From Prorocentrum cordatum (taxonomy: Eukaryota): a stretch of 64,000 nt of DNA. Shown here one piece after another: positions 46,060-58,777 of this stretch; positions within the stretch are counted from its first letter, which is position 1, and each line of letters begins with the position of its first letter. The translations under genes were made by a program, and so were the position numbers. Location of the stretch: positions 1 to 64,000 of the forward strand of contig CAUYUJ010000212.1 of NCBI GenBank assembly GCA_963575745.1, given 5' to 3'. The notes under the pieces were generated by a model. That model was not told where the DNA came from. It did not search any database and saw only the letters and a program-made list of their open reading frames with translations.

Positions 46060-46851
46060 CGGCCGGGCTTCAGGTAGCGGGCGACCGACGCGCCGGACCT
46101 CCACCAGTCGCGCAGCTTCACGCTGGCCAGCGCCCGCAGTTTCATGGCCAGCTCCACCGACGGCCCGGAGTGCCTCAGCTGGCACAGCTGCGGCGCCAGC
46201 GCCTCCACGCCCACGTCGGCCGCCGCTAACTTGAAAAGGGCGCTGGCCCGCGCAAGGGCGACGCCTTCAGCCACCGCGAGGACGGTGGCAGAAACCCGTA
46301 GAACGGCAGGTCTAAGGGGGTCACCTCGTCGTAGACCTAGGTCTTGCTTGGCGCGGCCAGCTCGCGCGGGCGCAGGACCAGCGACCAGCCGCCGCAGGCG
46401 CCCCCGGAGCTGGGGGGATCAGGTGCGCCCCCTGCGCCTCGAGGGCCTCCGAGAACCCCAGGTAGCCGGCGAAGGTCGCCAGCGCGTAAATCGCGACCCG
46501 CAGCTGGCCCACGTCGATCAGACAAGTGGCTACGAGAGCGACGATCTCCCAAGGTAGCGGGAGCCTGGAGCGCGCTCGGACCATGCGCCGCCAGCCGCGC
46601 AGCGCCTGCAACGCCGGCGGCGGCCCCGGCCCCCCGCGCGCAAACTGCGGCACCATGCACTTCAGCGCCGCCAGCACGCGGGCCCCTCGCTCTGGGTCCC
46701 ATCCCTCGGCGCACTGCTGATCCATCCACTGGGCGTCGGCTGTCGCCGTCCGCGGCCCCGCTGACGAGGTCGCCAGCCAGTCCGAGAACTCTTGCCACAT
46801 GCCAAGGCACTTGTTCCTCCCGGTTTCCGGCACCGAGAGCGCCTTCAGCAC
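46060..46851 (-). pseudogene. Tyrosine recombinase remnant
   Basis: ALRGWRR..P..SRLPLPW, GYLGFSE (degenerate YLRxxE), QLRHSG and W.S..SVARY.K.GR. Confidence 0.7.
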
Positions 46852-47238
46852 ACGGCCGCTGGAGGCCCGCAGGACTGCCGCCTCGGGGGCTCGGGCCGTG
46901 GCCCGCGCTGCACGCCGGGCCGCCGCGCCCTCCGCCCTCGCCCTGACACGGCGGCCGCGCAGCTCTCGCAGGGGGCGAGGCGGGGCCCGCGCCGGCCGGC
47001 GGGCGGGCGGCCGCGGCGGAGCCCGCGCGGGGCGCGCCCCAGGCCGCCCAGGGGCTCACGATCACAAACCTGGGTTGTGCGATCGCGGACGCTGGCGGGC
47101 CTCCAGGCCGCCCCCAGGCCGCCTCCAGGGCCGCCGGGGGCCGCGCTGGGGCCGCGATGATCGGGCTCGCCTGCCCCAGCGCCGGGCCCGCGCGGCGGTC
47201 AGACTGGAAACTGCACCCCACTGGAGCCGCGCGCAAAT

Positions 47239-47472
47239 TCAGAGGGCCCGCCGCGACAGCAGGTCGGCGGGGTTCGCCTCTGAAAAGATCCACCGCAGCG
47301 CCGCGACGACGCCGCCAGCTACTGCAGGCGCGGCCCACAGGCGACAGACGCGGGCCATCCTCGGCCGAGAGGACCGGCCTTTCGAGAGAGCCAAGACGGC
47401 CACGAGGTCGTCCGAGAGGAAGGACCCGGTGACCATGCTGGCCGGAATCACGGAGGACGTACTTCAGGGCAT
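47239..47472 (-). pseudogene. RNase H C-terminal half of the DIRS-like pol
   Basis: LSDDLVAVLALSKGRSS ... LRWIFSEANPADLLSR. Confidence 0.8.
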
Positions 47473-49671
47473 GAGAGAGCGTGATCCACCGCCGCTTGAC
47501 TGTGGAAAATCCCCCCCCCACTCTACCTCCGGAACCCGCCCCCCTCCCTTCGAAAATCCAACGCACCCCTGCTGGACCCCCACCCCCTTCCCCCCAGAAA
47601 CCCCCCCTAAACCCCTCCCCTCCGGGAAACCGGGGAGGGCCACTGCCGGTTCGAACCCCTCCCCCCTCCAGAAAACCAGGGTGGGCAACCACCAATTCGA
47701 ACCCACCCACCCCTCCTCGAAAACTAGGGAGGGCCACTACCGGTTCGAACCCCCCCCCCCCACACACATCGCCGGCAGACGACTCCCGGGCCCCCCCCAC
47801 CGTTCGCGCCATCCCCCACGCTGTCCCCAGCAGCACTGTCCCCACCACCACGGCCGCCACTGTTCCCACCACCGCCCCCAGTCCCCACTAGTGCCCCACC
47901 ACTATCGCACTGCCCCCACTGCCCCCACCACTGTGCCAACCAGTCCCACTCCCCCCATTTACCCCACGGACGCCACCACTGTCACACTGCCCCCACTGCT
48001 CCCACTGCCCCACTGTCCCACTGCCCCCGCCGCCGACTCACTGAGCTGTCCCACTGTTCCCACCACTGTCCGCATGTCCTCACTGTCCGCACCACTGCCC
48101 CCACTGCACCTCTCCCCCATTGTCCCACCACCGTCCTCGCCACCGCCCTCACCACTGCCCCCACCACCACTGTCCCCACCACTGCCCCACCGCCCCCACC
48201 GCATCCCCACTGTCCCACACTGCTGTCCCCACCACCACCGTCCCCACCACTGTCCCACAGTCCCCACCACTGCCCCACTGCCCCCACTGTTCCCACCATT
48301 GTTCCCACTGTCCCCACCAATGCCCCCACCAGTGTCTCACTGTCCCCACTCTTCCCACAATCGCCCCACCGCGGTACCACTCCCCCAACCTTCCCCACGG
48401 CCGCCGCCCTCACCACCGACTTCACCACTGCCCCCCCACTACAGTCCCGACAACTGCCCCACTGTCCGCACCACTGCCCCACTGTCCACGCACTACTGCC
48501 CCCACCACCTCCGCCCCCACCACTGTCCGCACCACTGCCCCACTGTCCCCGCACCACTGTCCCCATCACCACCGCCCCCACCACTGTCCTAGTACCCCCA
48601 CCACTGTCCTACTGCCCCGAGGAGCGGAAATCGTTTGCCGGCGGCGAAGGGGCGGAGGCTCGAACAGGTGACCCCCCCCCTGTTTTCGAAAGGGCAGGGC
48701 GGGGGTCGAACTCGCAGCGCCCCCCCCCCATGGACGGGGGGGTGGAAGGGTTCGAACTGGCAGTGAGCCCCCCGGTTTCCCAGCCCATCAATTCTCTTAA
48801 AGTTAAAAGATACCACTAAAATAATTAGTTCCCAACTAAAAAATTTAGCGGTGAACTGCTCAATGTAGAATACCCCTAAAATATTAGGGGCATGCGCAAG
48901 TAAAACGAATATATTGCGAATCGATGGTTTTATTCGAAATCATCACAGGAGTGAGCGCGCGGGCCACTTCAACGCAACATGAATTACATTGGGGCGATCT
49001 CGGGACACTCGTGTTATGACTGAAAAACTTGTTGTAAGCAGCGCGGTGCACGCTGTGCAAGCTGTGTGCGGCAGCCGCGGGCCCTCGCGTATCTCGCCAT
49101 CGCTATGCTGTCCAAACTGTTGCGTAGCATGTTCGATGAATGCCACCTATCTTGAAAAGCTGTTTCACGTCGGCGTGAAGCAGATGTTTCGTTCAGCCCC
49201 GTCGCTCTTTGCGTCGCAGGCGTGGTGCTTCGCAGGTCTGGCGTTCATGTTTGAACGCCTCAGCGCGCTGTGGTTGGGGTTTCGGTTCATGCCGTTTTCC
49301 CTGTGATAGCGCTTGGTTTGGCAGGAGGCCTCCTGAGGGCTCAATTTTGCCGGTTCGCTGCGCGCGCCTTGTGTTTGCGTGCGATGGCCCGCCCGCCGCG
49401 TTCCAACAAAAAAAAAAGTCGTCCTCCTCCTCTTCCTTCTCCTCCTCCTCCTCCTCCTCCTCCTCCACCTCCTCCTCCTCCTCCTCCTCCTCACTCTCCT
49501 CCCCCCCCCTCCTCCTCTCCCCCCCTCCCTCCTGCATCATCCCCCCTCGTCGTCCTCCTTGTCCTTCTCCTCCTCCTTCTACTTCTCGCCTCCCCCTTCC
49601 TCGTCCTCCTCCCCCATCCCCCACTCGTGGCCCTTCCTCCGATCCTCCTCCTCGTCCTCGTCCTTCTCCTC

Positions 49672-49703
<32 letters not shown>

Positions 49704-49892
49704 TCCTCCTCCCCCTCCTCCTCAGTAGGAGTTCCAACGGAGCAGGGGTCCTCTCAGTAACAGCGGGGGGTAGCGGAGGCAGGCGGGAAGCCAGAATATG
49801 TGAGAAGAGACGGGCAGGATAACCATACAGCAGCATGAGCATGATCAATGTTTTTCTCTGCAGCCGCAAGTGAGTACCACAGTGCCAACATG

Positions 49893-51661
49893 CTATAGTA
49901 TGTACTTCTCAATATCAGACCTGTGAATAAACCTACTGTTATGAGAGCAATTCGAAACGATTTCGACACATGTTCCAATCATATCCTCGTCTTCGCAATT
50001 CCAATTCTCACGAGGATTGCCGTGGACAATGTAGTCCTCTTCAGCAAGGTGAATAAATATATGATGTTTGGGGTATGGCTTAAAAGCAATGAAGGATTTC
50101 GGCCGGCCTGGGTGTCTGGGCAGTTCCATGTATAGGGTCACGTGCTGCCTTGCCAAGCGCCCCAAACGAACGGCCATGAACTCGCCATCCACTGGTTCCT
50201 CACGCGACCTCGGAAGTCTCTGTACCAGCGAACCATGGAATCCAAACATTGGAAAACTAACATCTGATATGGGGTCTCAGCTGGAAATATGCATTCCAGC
50301 ACATAGTGAAGAACGTGCGCCATGAGCCGAAAATCCGATGCTTTGAGTTTGAGCTTGACCCCCTTTTCGCCTTTAGCTTGGATCATCCCCAAAGTCAGTT
50401 TGTTCAAGGGTGGTTTGCTGTATTTTAAACTCTTGCTCGCCATTTTCACGAAACCTGCGATGTCAGCCAACGTTTCATCTGGGCGAGTTCTCAGGCCGCC
50501 CATTCGACGAAAGAGCTCCATAACGATATTTCCGTTCAGGTATTGTGTGATCCCGAGGTCGCACACATGCATGACGTCACAAACAGTGTATGGTAAAATG
50601 AAGCCTGGTATAGTCCAGAACACTGCATGTCGATCTCCATTTAGCATGCTCGGTCGCATCGGTGAAAGGGCAGGCGGCACTTTGGGCGGCACCACATCTG
50701 AAGCACATCTGTTTGGAAGGACCTTCGCCGCGCCAGCCCCTGAGGCCGATGACCTTTTTGAGCCAGTCCCAATCGAATCTGCCTTGAATGACTCCACCTC
50801 TACGCGACAGCACGGCACCCTGAGCAGCCAAGGCCGCTCGCTTGCTGTCGCCACGAAATGCAGATTGAGAGAACGGGGTGCCATCATGTCGCTTGGCAGG
50901 ATATCTACCAGCGAGCCACACCCGAAAAGACCAAGACAGAACTCGCCAGATGCTGTCGCACGTGCATCTGCCTTTGCAGCCACAGTTGCAATACAGAAAA
51001 CCAGGAACAACGCAAACCCAATATCGTTTTTTTTCTCAGCTTTTGTACTTATGCAGTTCCACAGCACCATCAATAATTTGTCATTGCTCGTGAAAGGCGC
51101 CTCGTCGCCCCAAAGGCCGACCGCGACTATGTTTTGATGATCTGCAGCCCCAACGCGATCGGCCCATTCTCGTCTTGTTTTGTATCCAGAGGCCATGTCA
51201 GGGAAGTCGGCCCAGCTCGCCGGATCGTCGCTGGCGAAGGCTTCGAACCTTTCGTAGGGAAGCAAGAAAAATACCTTGTCTTGAATTTTGCACTGGCGGT
51301 CGTAGTCCCACAGGTCAACGCATGCCTCGTAGACATCAGGATGCTGCGAGCCGCGCCGATGTCGATTGATCACCGTGCGATGTGAATTACCAGCGTGGGG
51401 GGATACTGATCGGCCAGACATCTCCTTGATCTCTTCCACATCTTTCGCTGAGAGCTGTCCACCCTTGAACCGTTTTACAGCGAAGTCTTCGATCTGGCCA
51501 GCGAGAGTGCCCGCATCGCCTGGAGCACAACGCCTGCGGGGCGCATCAATGCCAAGGGATTGGCGTATGCCTTGGCATGGGGGCATCAAGATGGCACAAA
51601 GGCTGAGTACCATAAACATATCCCTTGCGAATTTCTTTGGGCCAAAATGGGCTAGCAACAC
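49893..51661 (-). pseudogene. Frameshifted CMC/EnSpm-like transposase
   Basis: LWGDEAPF, DWDW...CFRC, DVMH..DLG, PKHH.FIH and NPRENWNCEDE across ORFs 50138..51661, 50577..50921 and 49893..50249. Confidence 0.7.
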
Positions 51662-52270
51662 CGAGGAGGAGGAGGAGGAGGAGGGGGGAGCAGCAGCAGC
51701 CGCAGCAGCAGGAGCGAGGTGAGAGCAATAGGGCCCACAGTAGCCATTGAGATATTGCAGCGTTCGCTAGCTCGCATGGGATCGGATATTGGGGGAAGGG
51801 CCTGGCTCAATAGTTTTCCGATTTGGATTGTGCATTGCATTGATGTGTTGGTCCTCTGGGAGTGGCTGCCATTCTCCCCCCTCCCTCTCTGCGCGCCGCT
51901 GCGACCTGCGCATGGAATTTACGGGGTGCGCACGGGGCCTTCGGAGGGGCCCCCTCCTCCTCTTACTCCTCCTCATCTTGCCTCTCTTGGTGCTTTCAAA
52001 CTTGCTTCGACAAACATAGAGAACAAACATGTTACATCTCCTCCTCAACCTCTTCTTCCTCCTCCTCCTCCTACTCCTCCTCCTCATCATCATCATCATC
52101 ATTCCTCCTCCTCATCCTCCTCCACCCTCCATCCTTCTCCCTCTCATCATCCACTCGGGTCCTCTCGTCATCCTAATTGCCCTCGCCCTACTCGCTCTCT
52201 CTCTAGCTCTATCCACCCCCCCCCCCTTCTGACTGGGGCTCTGCTTTGATTGGGCCTGGAAGGCCGGCCT

Positions 52271-53185
52271 TTAAGGGCTTTGAGGGTTGGTCTGGGCCTG
52301 GAGGTACCTCAAGGGGCCGTCGCCCCACTGCGTCTTCGCAGCGAGGCGGTCCTCGACGGCCCGCACCTCTGACAATTCCTTGGTCATCTTGTCGTACTGG
52401 ATCTTGGCTTTCTTGGCCTGGTCGCGGAGCAATTCGTTCGCTTCTGCGACGAGCTTCTCATCCTCGATGGCCTTCTTCTGCTCAGGGGTTAGGGGTTCTT
52501 CCTCCTTGGCATCAGCTGGTGACGGCGCTGGCTTCTGGCCACTGCCGCTGCTGCCCGCGGTCTTGCGCTTCTTCGAGGAGACCTGCGGGACTGTGAACGA
52601 GTAGCTGTTCTCCATCATCGTTTTCAGGTCCTCCACTTGGTGGGCCTCGAGCGAAGACTCCGCGGTGACCGCGACCGACTCCTTCTTCTCCTTCTCCCAG
52701 AAGTCCTGGACGTTGATCGGGCAGTAGTACTGCTTCACTCATTGCTCGGCCAAGAGAGGGCTCTCGTGCATGCGCTCAGGAAACTCCTTGCCCTCGCACC
52801 TCAGCTTGGCATGCTCGACGTTGTTGCAACCCTTGGGCCCTCCGAACTCAACGATCGTCATCCAGGCCTTAGCCCCCGACCCCCTGGAGATGCTGCTGCG
52901 GCTGGCGCTGTTGCGCACGAGGGAGCCCCCCGTCGCAGGATCCACAAGAAACGCCGCGAGCCACTCGCGACGGTCTTCATCATCTTTCAATTTTGAATAT
53001 TCCACATGCTTCTCGGCGCAACACGTCTTCAACGTCGCGTTGAGGGCCGAGAAGGCCCGCATGCGAAGGCTCCGCTCCACGCCCGCGATGCCCTCTGTCG
53101 CGATGGCGCCGCCCTCCGAGAGGAGCTGGCGCTTCAGATCCTCGCATGCGCTGGGGAGCTGCTCAGGCCTGCGCTTTGGAGGCAT
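52271..53185 (-). pseudogene. Transposon-borne hypothetical protein (about 305 aa) with one in-frame TGA at 52739
   Basis: ORFs 52739..53185 and 52271..52738 abut in the same frame. An SL-like relic lies at 53228-53246. Confidence 0.6.
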
Positions 53186-55321
53186 TGCAGCACGAAACCC
53201 TAGGTTGGATTGCAGAACGTGTTTGAAGAACCCAAATGGCTACGGAGTGGGGAGGTCTCGGCGGGGGACAGCACTGAACGAAGGCAGATCATTTTAAGGC
53301 CCAGAGGGGCCGTCATCCTTTTAAGGTTGGTGTTGTTGGGGTGGTTGACATAATGCTTGACGCTTCGCGTATCCCCCCCAGCCCATCCAGAACCGATCAG
53401 CAGGGGAATTGCTGAATCAGGGGCGGCAGGACGCATGCAGTGGCGCAGCCGTCTTCGAGAAAACAAGGATCACAAACAGCTCCCCGCATGGAAGTTTAAG
53501 ATGAAAATCAGTGCGAGCTGCGATGGTGTTTCGATGAGGGGTGAGGGGTGTTTCGATGACTCGTACTGGTTGTTGCATTATTGACTTGTATCTTAAGCTC
53601 GTGTGCGTTCCGAAACTTGGAGGCATCTTGGGGCTCTCTTGGGATTCTCTTGGGCCCCTCTTGTGGCCTCCTGGGGCTCTTTCTTGGGGCTCTCTTGAGG
53701 TCATCTTAGGGCCTTCTTGGGGCTTTTTGGAGCTCTTTTGGGGCGTCTTGGGGCCCTCTTGGGGCTCTTTTGGGTGGTCTGGGGGCCTTCTTGGGGCTCT
53801 TTTGGGATGCCTGACGGGCCTCTTGGGGCGCCGTCCTGGACCCTTTCGATACAAAAAGGGGCGCCCTTAATTCGGACCCCCCCCCATCGGAGGCTCAAGA
53901 GTGCCGTCCTGGGGCCCTCTTAGGCCGTTCTTGGAGCGCTCTCGGGCGCTCGTGAGGCCGTCTTGTAACCCTCTTGGACCCCCCTTGGGGCTATCTTGGA
54001 CCGTCTTGGGGCCATCTTTAGGCCTCGAGAGCCCATCGGGGGCAAAAAAGCGAGAAGGCAAACAAACAGTGTTTTTCCTTAAGTTTTGAAACCGTCTTGG
54101 GGCCGTCTTGAGGCCTTTTGGACGTGCGTCGGAGGCTATCTTGACCCATCTACCGCTAGCTTGGGCCATCTTGGAGGCCATCTTGCGCTCTCTGAGGCCC
54201 TCTTGGAACCATCTTGGGCCATCTTGGGCCATCTTGGACGCTGCTATGGGTCGGCCTCCCCCCCGTCCAAACGCATGGAGGGGGGGGGGGGGCAAACCTC
54301 CCAAGCAGGGGAAGGAAGGAGGTTGAACGCCCTAGACCACCTGCGCCCAGAGGGCTGGTGGGATTTTCTCTCGGGCCCGCCCCATGTGAATCTTGCTCTC
54401 CCCCGAAGCGCCAGTCAACGGCCACAGACAAGTCTATTTGAATATCTCTTTGTCGTGTGAACATGCTCCTTCTCGTCCTACTTCTCGTCCTCCTCCTGCT
54501 CCTCCCCTCCTCCTCTCCTTCCTCCTCCTCCTCCTCCTCCTCCTCCTCCTCCTCCTCCTCCTCCTCCTCCTCCTCCTCGTCATCATTCTTATCCTGGCCC
54601 TCGTCCTCACCCTGCTCTGCAGGCGGTTTGATGTCATTGTTTCCGAGAGGTCGCACCCCTCGCGCGATCGCTACTGGCACGGACAGGCTGCCTCGGGGCG
54701 AGCAGGCCAGGACCCAGAGACCAGGCTGCCTGCGTCGCCGGCGCGCGCCGGCGGAGGCCCTATCTCCGGCGCATCTCTGGCAGGGGGGGGGGGGCCAGAT
54801 ATAGAATCCTTGAAAAACCTTGTGTTTTTTGATTTTCTATATCTGGCACCCCTCCTCTGCCAGATATGCGCCAGACATAGATGCCCCCCCCGCGACCGTT
54901 CTGCCCCGGCAGCGCGCGGCTAACTGCGACGCCGCCCTGGGTCAGTCTTTGGAAGCAAAATCGTCTGCACCATTGGCGGCCCATGCACGGGGGGCTCCAA
55001 GATGGTTACTGAGGGCGGGCCCCAACTTAGAGCGCGCGAGCGGCCAGCGGCGCAGACAATCTCGCGCCCCTGGAAGGACCCAGGGGGAGCGAGGAGGAGG
55101 GGGAAGAGGACGAATGAGAGAAGGGAAAGTAGGGAAGAAGAGGAGGATGAGGAGGGGAACAGGTTTGCTTGTTCAAATGGGTTTGAAACGCAGACGTGGA
55201 GAAGGAGGAGGAGGAGGAGGAGGAGGGCGAGTAATGGAGGAGGGTAAGGAGGAGTCAAACTGGAACGGAGGAAGGAGGAGTGGACGGTGAAGGATGGAGG
55301 AAGGATCTATTGACGCGAAGC

Positions 55322-56131
55322 TCAGGGTGCAGCCGCTATCCTCGCGAGCTCGCTCAACTCCTCCTGTATGTCACCCTCGTCGTTCGCGATGGCCCTGAGG
55401 GTCGCGATGTCTGAATCATCTGACGTGCTGCCTTCGCTGTCCACCATGATTGGCTCAGCTGGGAGTGCATCTGGTACGAAGTTAACGCACCCGATGATGT
55501 CGGGTACCTCATTCCCTGGCATCGTGCAGCAAGCAAAGTACCAGGGACACGTGACCCCAAGCAAAGTCAAGTCGATGACGGTCGCCTGCATACGATTGTG
55601 GCCCAAACAGTAATGCGGGGGGTCGACCGAGAAGTTGACGGGCGCTATCATCACAGGCTTGTCGATCTGAAATTGGTCGCGAGCCAGCTGGGTCATGGCG
55701 CTGTTGCAGTTGTAGCAGTGCCACGCAGGGAAGTCCATCACCCCAGACGGACTTTGAGCTGGCGACCATCTCATCCGCCGATCCTCGGTCTGCACGAACG
55801 ACGTATCTGCAAGGACTGTCCTAGGGCGGCAAAGTGGGAGCACGTTGACTGGTGGCGGCGGTGGTTGACGACCCCCCGTCGGCGACCTCGGGTAACTCAT
55901 GTCGGCATAGAGCGCATCAACATCAACCCCCGTGCGCGTCAGCCAGCCTTCGACGTCCTCGTCGCTGCTGTATGGCGTTCTGCAGACGGGGCAGCTGAGA
56001 GGGTGGATGGGTCCTCTGGTAAGCCACAAACCTAAACACATGGCGTGCACGCCATGATGGCACGAAGGCGTGAACTCGGCAGCGTCCACAACTGTGTCAT
56101 CGAAGGGCTCCTCGCAGATACAGCACGTCAT
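55322..56131 (-). CDS. RING-H2 finger protein (about 269 aa), intronless, probable retrogene
   Basis: CCICEE...CHHGVHAMC...W...CPVC, with ATG at 56131 directly after an SL-like relic. Confidence 0.75.
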   Translation of the reverse strand: MTCCICEEPFDDTVVDAAEFTPSCHHGVHAMCLGLWLTRGPIHPLSCPVCRTPYSSDEDVEGWLTRTGVDVDALYADMSYPRSPTGGRQPPPPPVNVLPLCRPRTVLADTSFVQTEDRRMRWSPAQSPSGVMDFPAWHCYNCNSAMTQLARDQFQIDKPVMIAPVNFSVDPPHYCLGHNRMQATVIDLTLLGVTCPWYFACCTMPGNEVPDIIGCVNFVPDALPAEPIMVDSEGSTSDDSDIATLRAIANDEGDIQEELSELARIAAAP

Positions 56132-56334
56132 GATTGAGCCAAAGCGGCTGCGGAGGTGGAGGTGGAGGTGGAGGTGGAGGTGGACTTCGAGCGTGCATGG
56201 GTTTGAGCTGGTCCGAAATTTCAACCGTCCCTTTTGGGGCCATCTTGGGCCGTCTTTGGGCAGCCCTGAGGCCTCGAGGGCCCATGAGAGGCGAAGTAAG
56301 CGCGAGAAGGTAAACAACATTGGTTTTCTGAGTA

Positions 56335-57147
56335 CGCATGGCCGTTTAAACCCGCGCGGCCCTTCTAACCCGCATGGCCGTTTTAACCCGCGTGCCTGGT
56401 TTGACCCGCGCGGCAGTTTTATCCCGCATGACCCTTTTAACCCGCGCAGCAGTTGTAACCCGAATGGCCGTTTTAACCCGCATGGCCGTTCTAAGCCGCA
56501 TGGTTGTTTGAACCCTCATGGCCGCTGTAACTCGCATGGCCGCTTTAACCCGCATGGCCGTTTTAACCCGCGCTGCCGTTTTAACCCGCATGGCTGCGTT
56601 AACCCGCATGGCCGTTTTAACCCGCACGGCCGTTGTAACCCGCATGGCCGTTTTAACCCACATGGCCGCGTGAACCCGCGTGGCCGTCGTAAACCGCATG
56701 TCCGTTTTAACCCGCATGGCCGTCTTAGACCGCATGTCCGTTTAACCCGCATTGCCCTTTAAAGCCGCATGGCCGTGTTAACCCAACTTGCAGTTTTAAC
56801 CCGCATGGCCACGTGAACCCGCATGACCGTCTTAACCCGCATGGCTGTGTTAACCCGCATGACAGTTTTAGACCGCACGAACGTTGTAACCCGCATGGCT
56901 GCTTTAACCTGCATGGCCGTGTCAACCCAAACTGGCAGGTTTAGCCCGCGTGGTCGTTTCAACCCGCATGGCCGTCTTAACCCGCATGGCCGTCTTAACC
57001 TGCATGGCTGTGTTGACCCGCATGGCCGTTGCATCCCGCATGGCCCGCACGACAGTTGTAACCCGAATGGCCGTTTTAACCCGCATGGCCGTTCTAACCC
57101 GCATGGTTGTTCTAACCCGCATGGCTGGTTTAACCCGCATGGCCGTT
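56335..57147. repeat. 18-bp tandem array (TTAACCCGCATGGCCGTT), about 45 copies
   Basis: Direct reading; the units are head-to-tail with no spacers. Confidence 0.95.
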
Positions 57148-58777
57148 GAAACCTATCTGAGGCAGTATTGAGCCTCTCTTGGTCCGTCTTGGCACCCTCT
57201 TGGGTTTCCCTTGGGCCTTCTTGGGCTGTCTTGGGGTCCTCTTGGGCCGTCCCAAGGCTCTCTTGGCAGCATCTTGGGCCGTCTTGGAACGATTTGGGAA
57301 CCGTCTTGGGCCGTTCGTGGCCCTTCGATGCGGTAACCTTGATTCGCAGATTTCCCTGCTGATCGTTTCTGGATGGGCTGGTGGGGATACGCGAAGCGTC
57401 AAGAATGCTTCAGGAAGCGCCCGAACGAACTGCTTGTTTTTTTTTTTGGTTTCCAAGGGGGGATGGGGGAGGGTTTGCGCGGCGATGGTGTCGTCGCCGC
57501 TTTCCCTCGCCGCCCCCCGTCTGATCCGCCCGCTGCTGAGGGGCCCCCTCCTCTTCCTACGGCGCGCGAGCGGGGCGCAGCAGCCTCGAACATGTCGACG
57601 TCCGCGCCACGGGGCAGCGGGGGGGCGGGGAGTGGGGCGGTGGGAAGACGCCCCGTTCTTTCCTCCTCTCCCTCGGCGCGCCGCTGCGGCATTCTTTTGG
57701 CCTCCTCCTCCTCCTCCTCCTCCTCCTCTTCCTCCTCCTCCTCCTCCTCCCCCTCCTCCTCCTCCTCCCCCCCTCTCCCTCATCCTCCCATTCCTTCTCC
57801 CTGTTGTTTGCCAGCCTCGTTTGAGAAAAACTGCCCCACACCCCCCTCAACTTATTCATGCTCATCCACCTCCTCCGCCCCCTGCCCCTCAATCGCCCCC
57901 CGCATTCCATGGAAGGAATACTTCGCGCCTTTGTTTTGTTCCCTCGCTCTCGCTCAGCTCCCCCCCCCCCCACTCGTCCTGCTCTTCCTCGTCGTCGTCC
58001 TCCTCCCCTACCCCTCATTAGTTCTCATCGTCCTCCTACTCTTCCTATTCTTGGTTGCCCCCCTAATCGTCGTCCTGCATCTATTTCTTTCTGTCGCTCT
58101 CTTTCTCTGTCTTCTCCTCGTCGTGCTGTTCCTCCAGATTTCATATTCAGTTGAAGCTACTCATGGCCCTCCTCCTTCTCTCCTCATTCCTCCTCTTCTT
58201 CGTCCTCCCTCTCATCCTCGCCCCTCTCTTGCACACCCCTTGTCTTCGGTCCCCCCTGAAGGGCTGAGCGCACCTTTCACCAGAAAGAGCCCAGAGCGAC
58301 ACGCGAAAGCGGAACCCTCGCAGCGGGTGGAAGAGGAGCGTGGGGGTGAGCAAAATGCGGGCAGCGTGGATGATTTCGAGTTTGACCGAAGAGGGCACGG
58401 ATGCGTGGATGCGTCGACCGAATGGGAAGCAGCGGAAGTTGACGAGGAGAAGTGGTGGCGTGAGCATATGTTCTTCATTCCTCCTCCGTATCGTTCTCCT
58501 TGTCCTCCCTCCTCCTCCTCCTCCACCTCCCCCCCTTCCTCCTATTCCTCATGGAGCGTCGATGCAATCAGGGGCAGCACAATCAAACACCACATGACTC
58601 GGAGGGGAGGTGCTCTCTCTTTTTTGGCGACGTTTTTCAGGTCATCGCTCGAAGCTCGCACATGCGGTAATGACAGGGCCTGTCATGAATGCTCTGTTGT
58701 CGAAGGTGCAACACGTGACAGCTCTCACCATATCCGCATCATACCCAATGAGGGTGGCTTCATGATACCTGCGAAAC

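Larger units (their letters stand above)
53356..57403. mobile_element. 4-kb non-autonomous TIR element with about 60-bp TIRs and a 4-bp TSD (AATG), carrying a RING gene
   Basis: CTTGACGCTTCGCGTATCCCC..CAGCCCATCCAGAA.CGATCAGCAGGG at 53356 is inverted at 57341-57403. AATG occurs at 53352-53355 and 57404-57407. Confidence 0.75.

Noticed and set aside
30271..52741. Stop-codon reassignment or readthrough (TGA 30271, TAA 37652, TGA 52739)
   Set aside because: The stops use different codons, each is one substitution from a sense codon, and they sit alongside frameshift lesions. Decay or sequencing error is the simpler explanation.
56335..57147. CRISPR-like array
   Set aside because: The units are contiguous with no unique spacers, there are no cas genes, and the context is eukaryotic.
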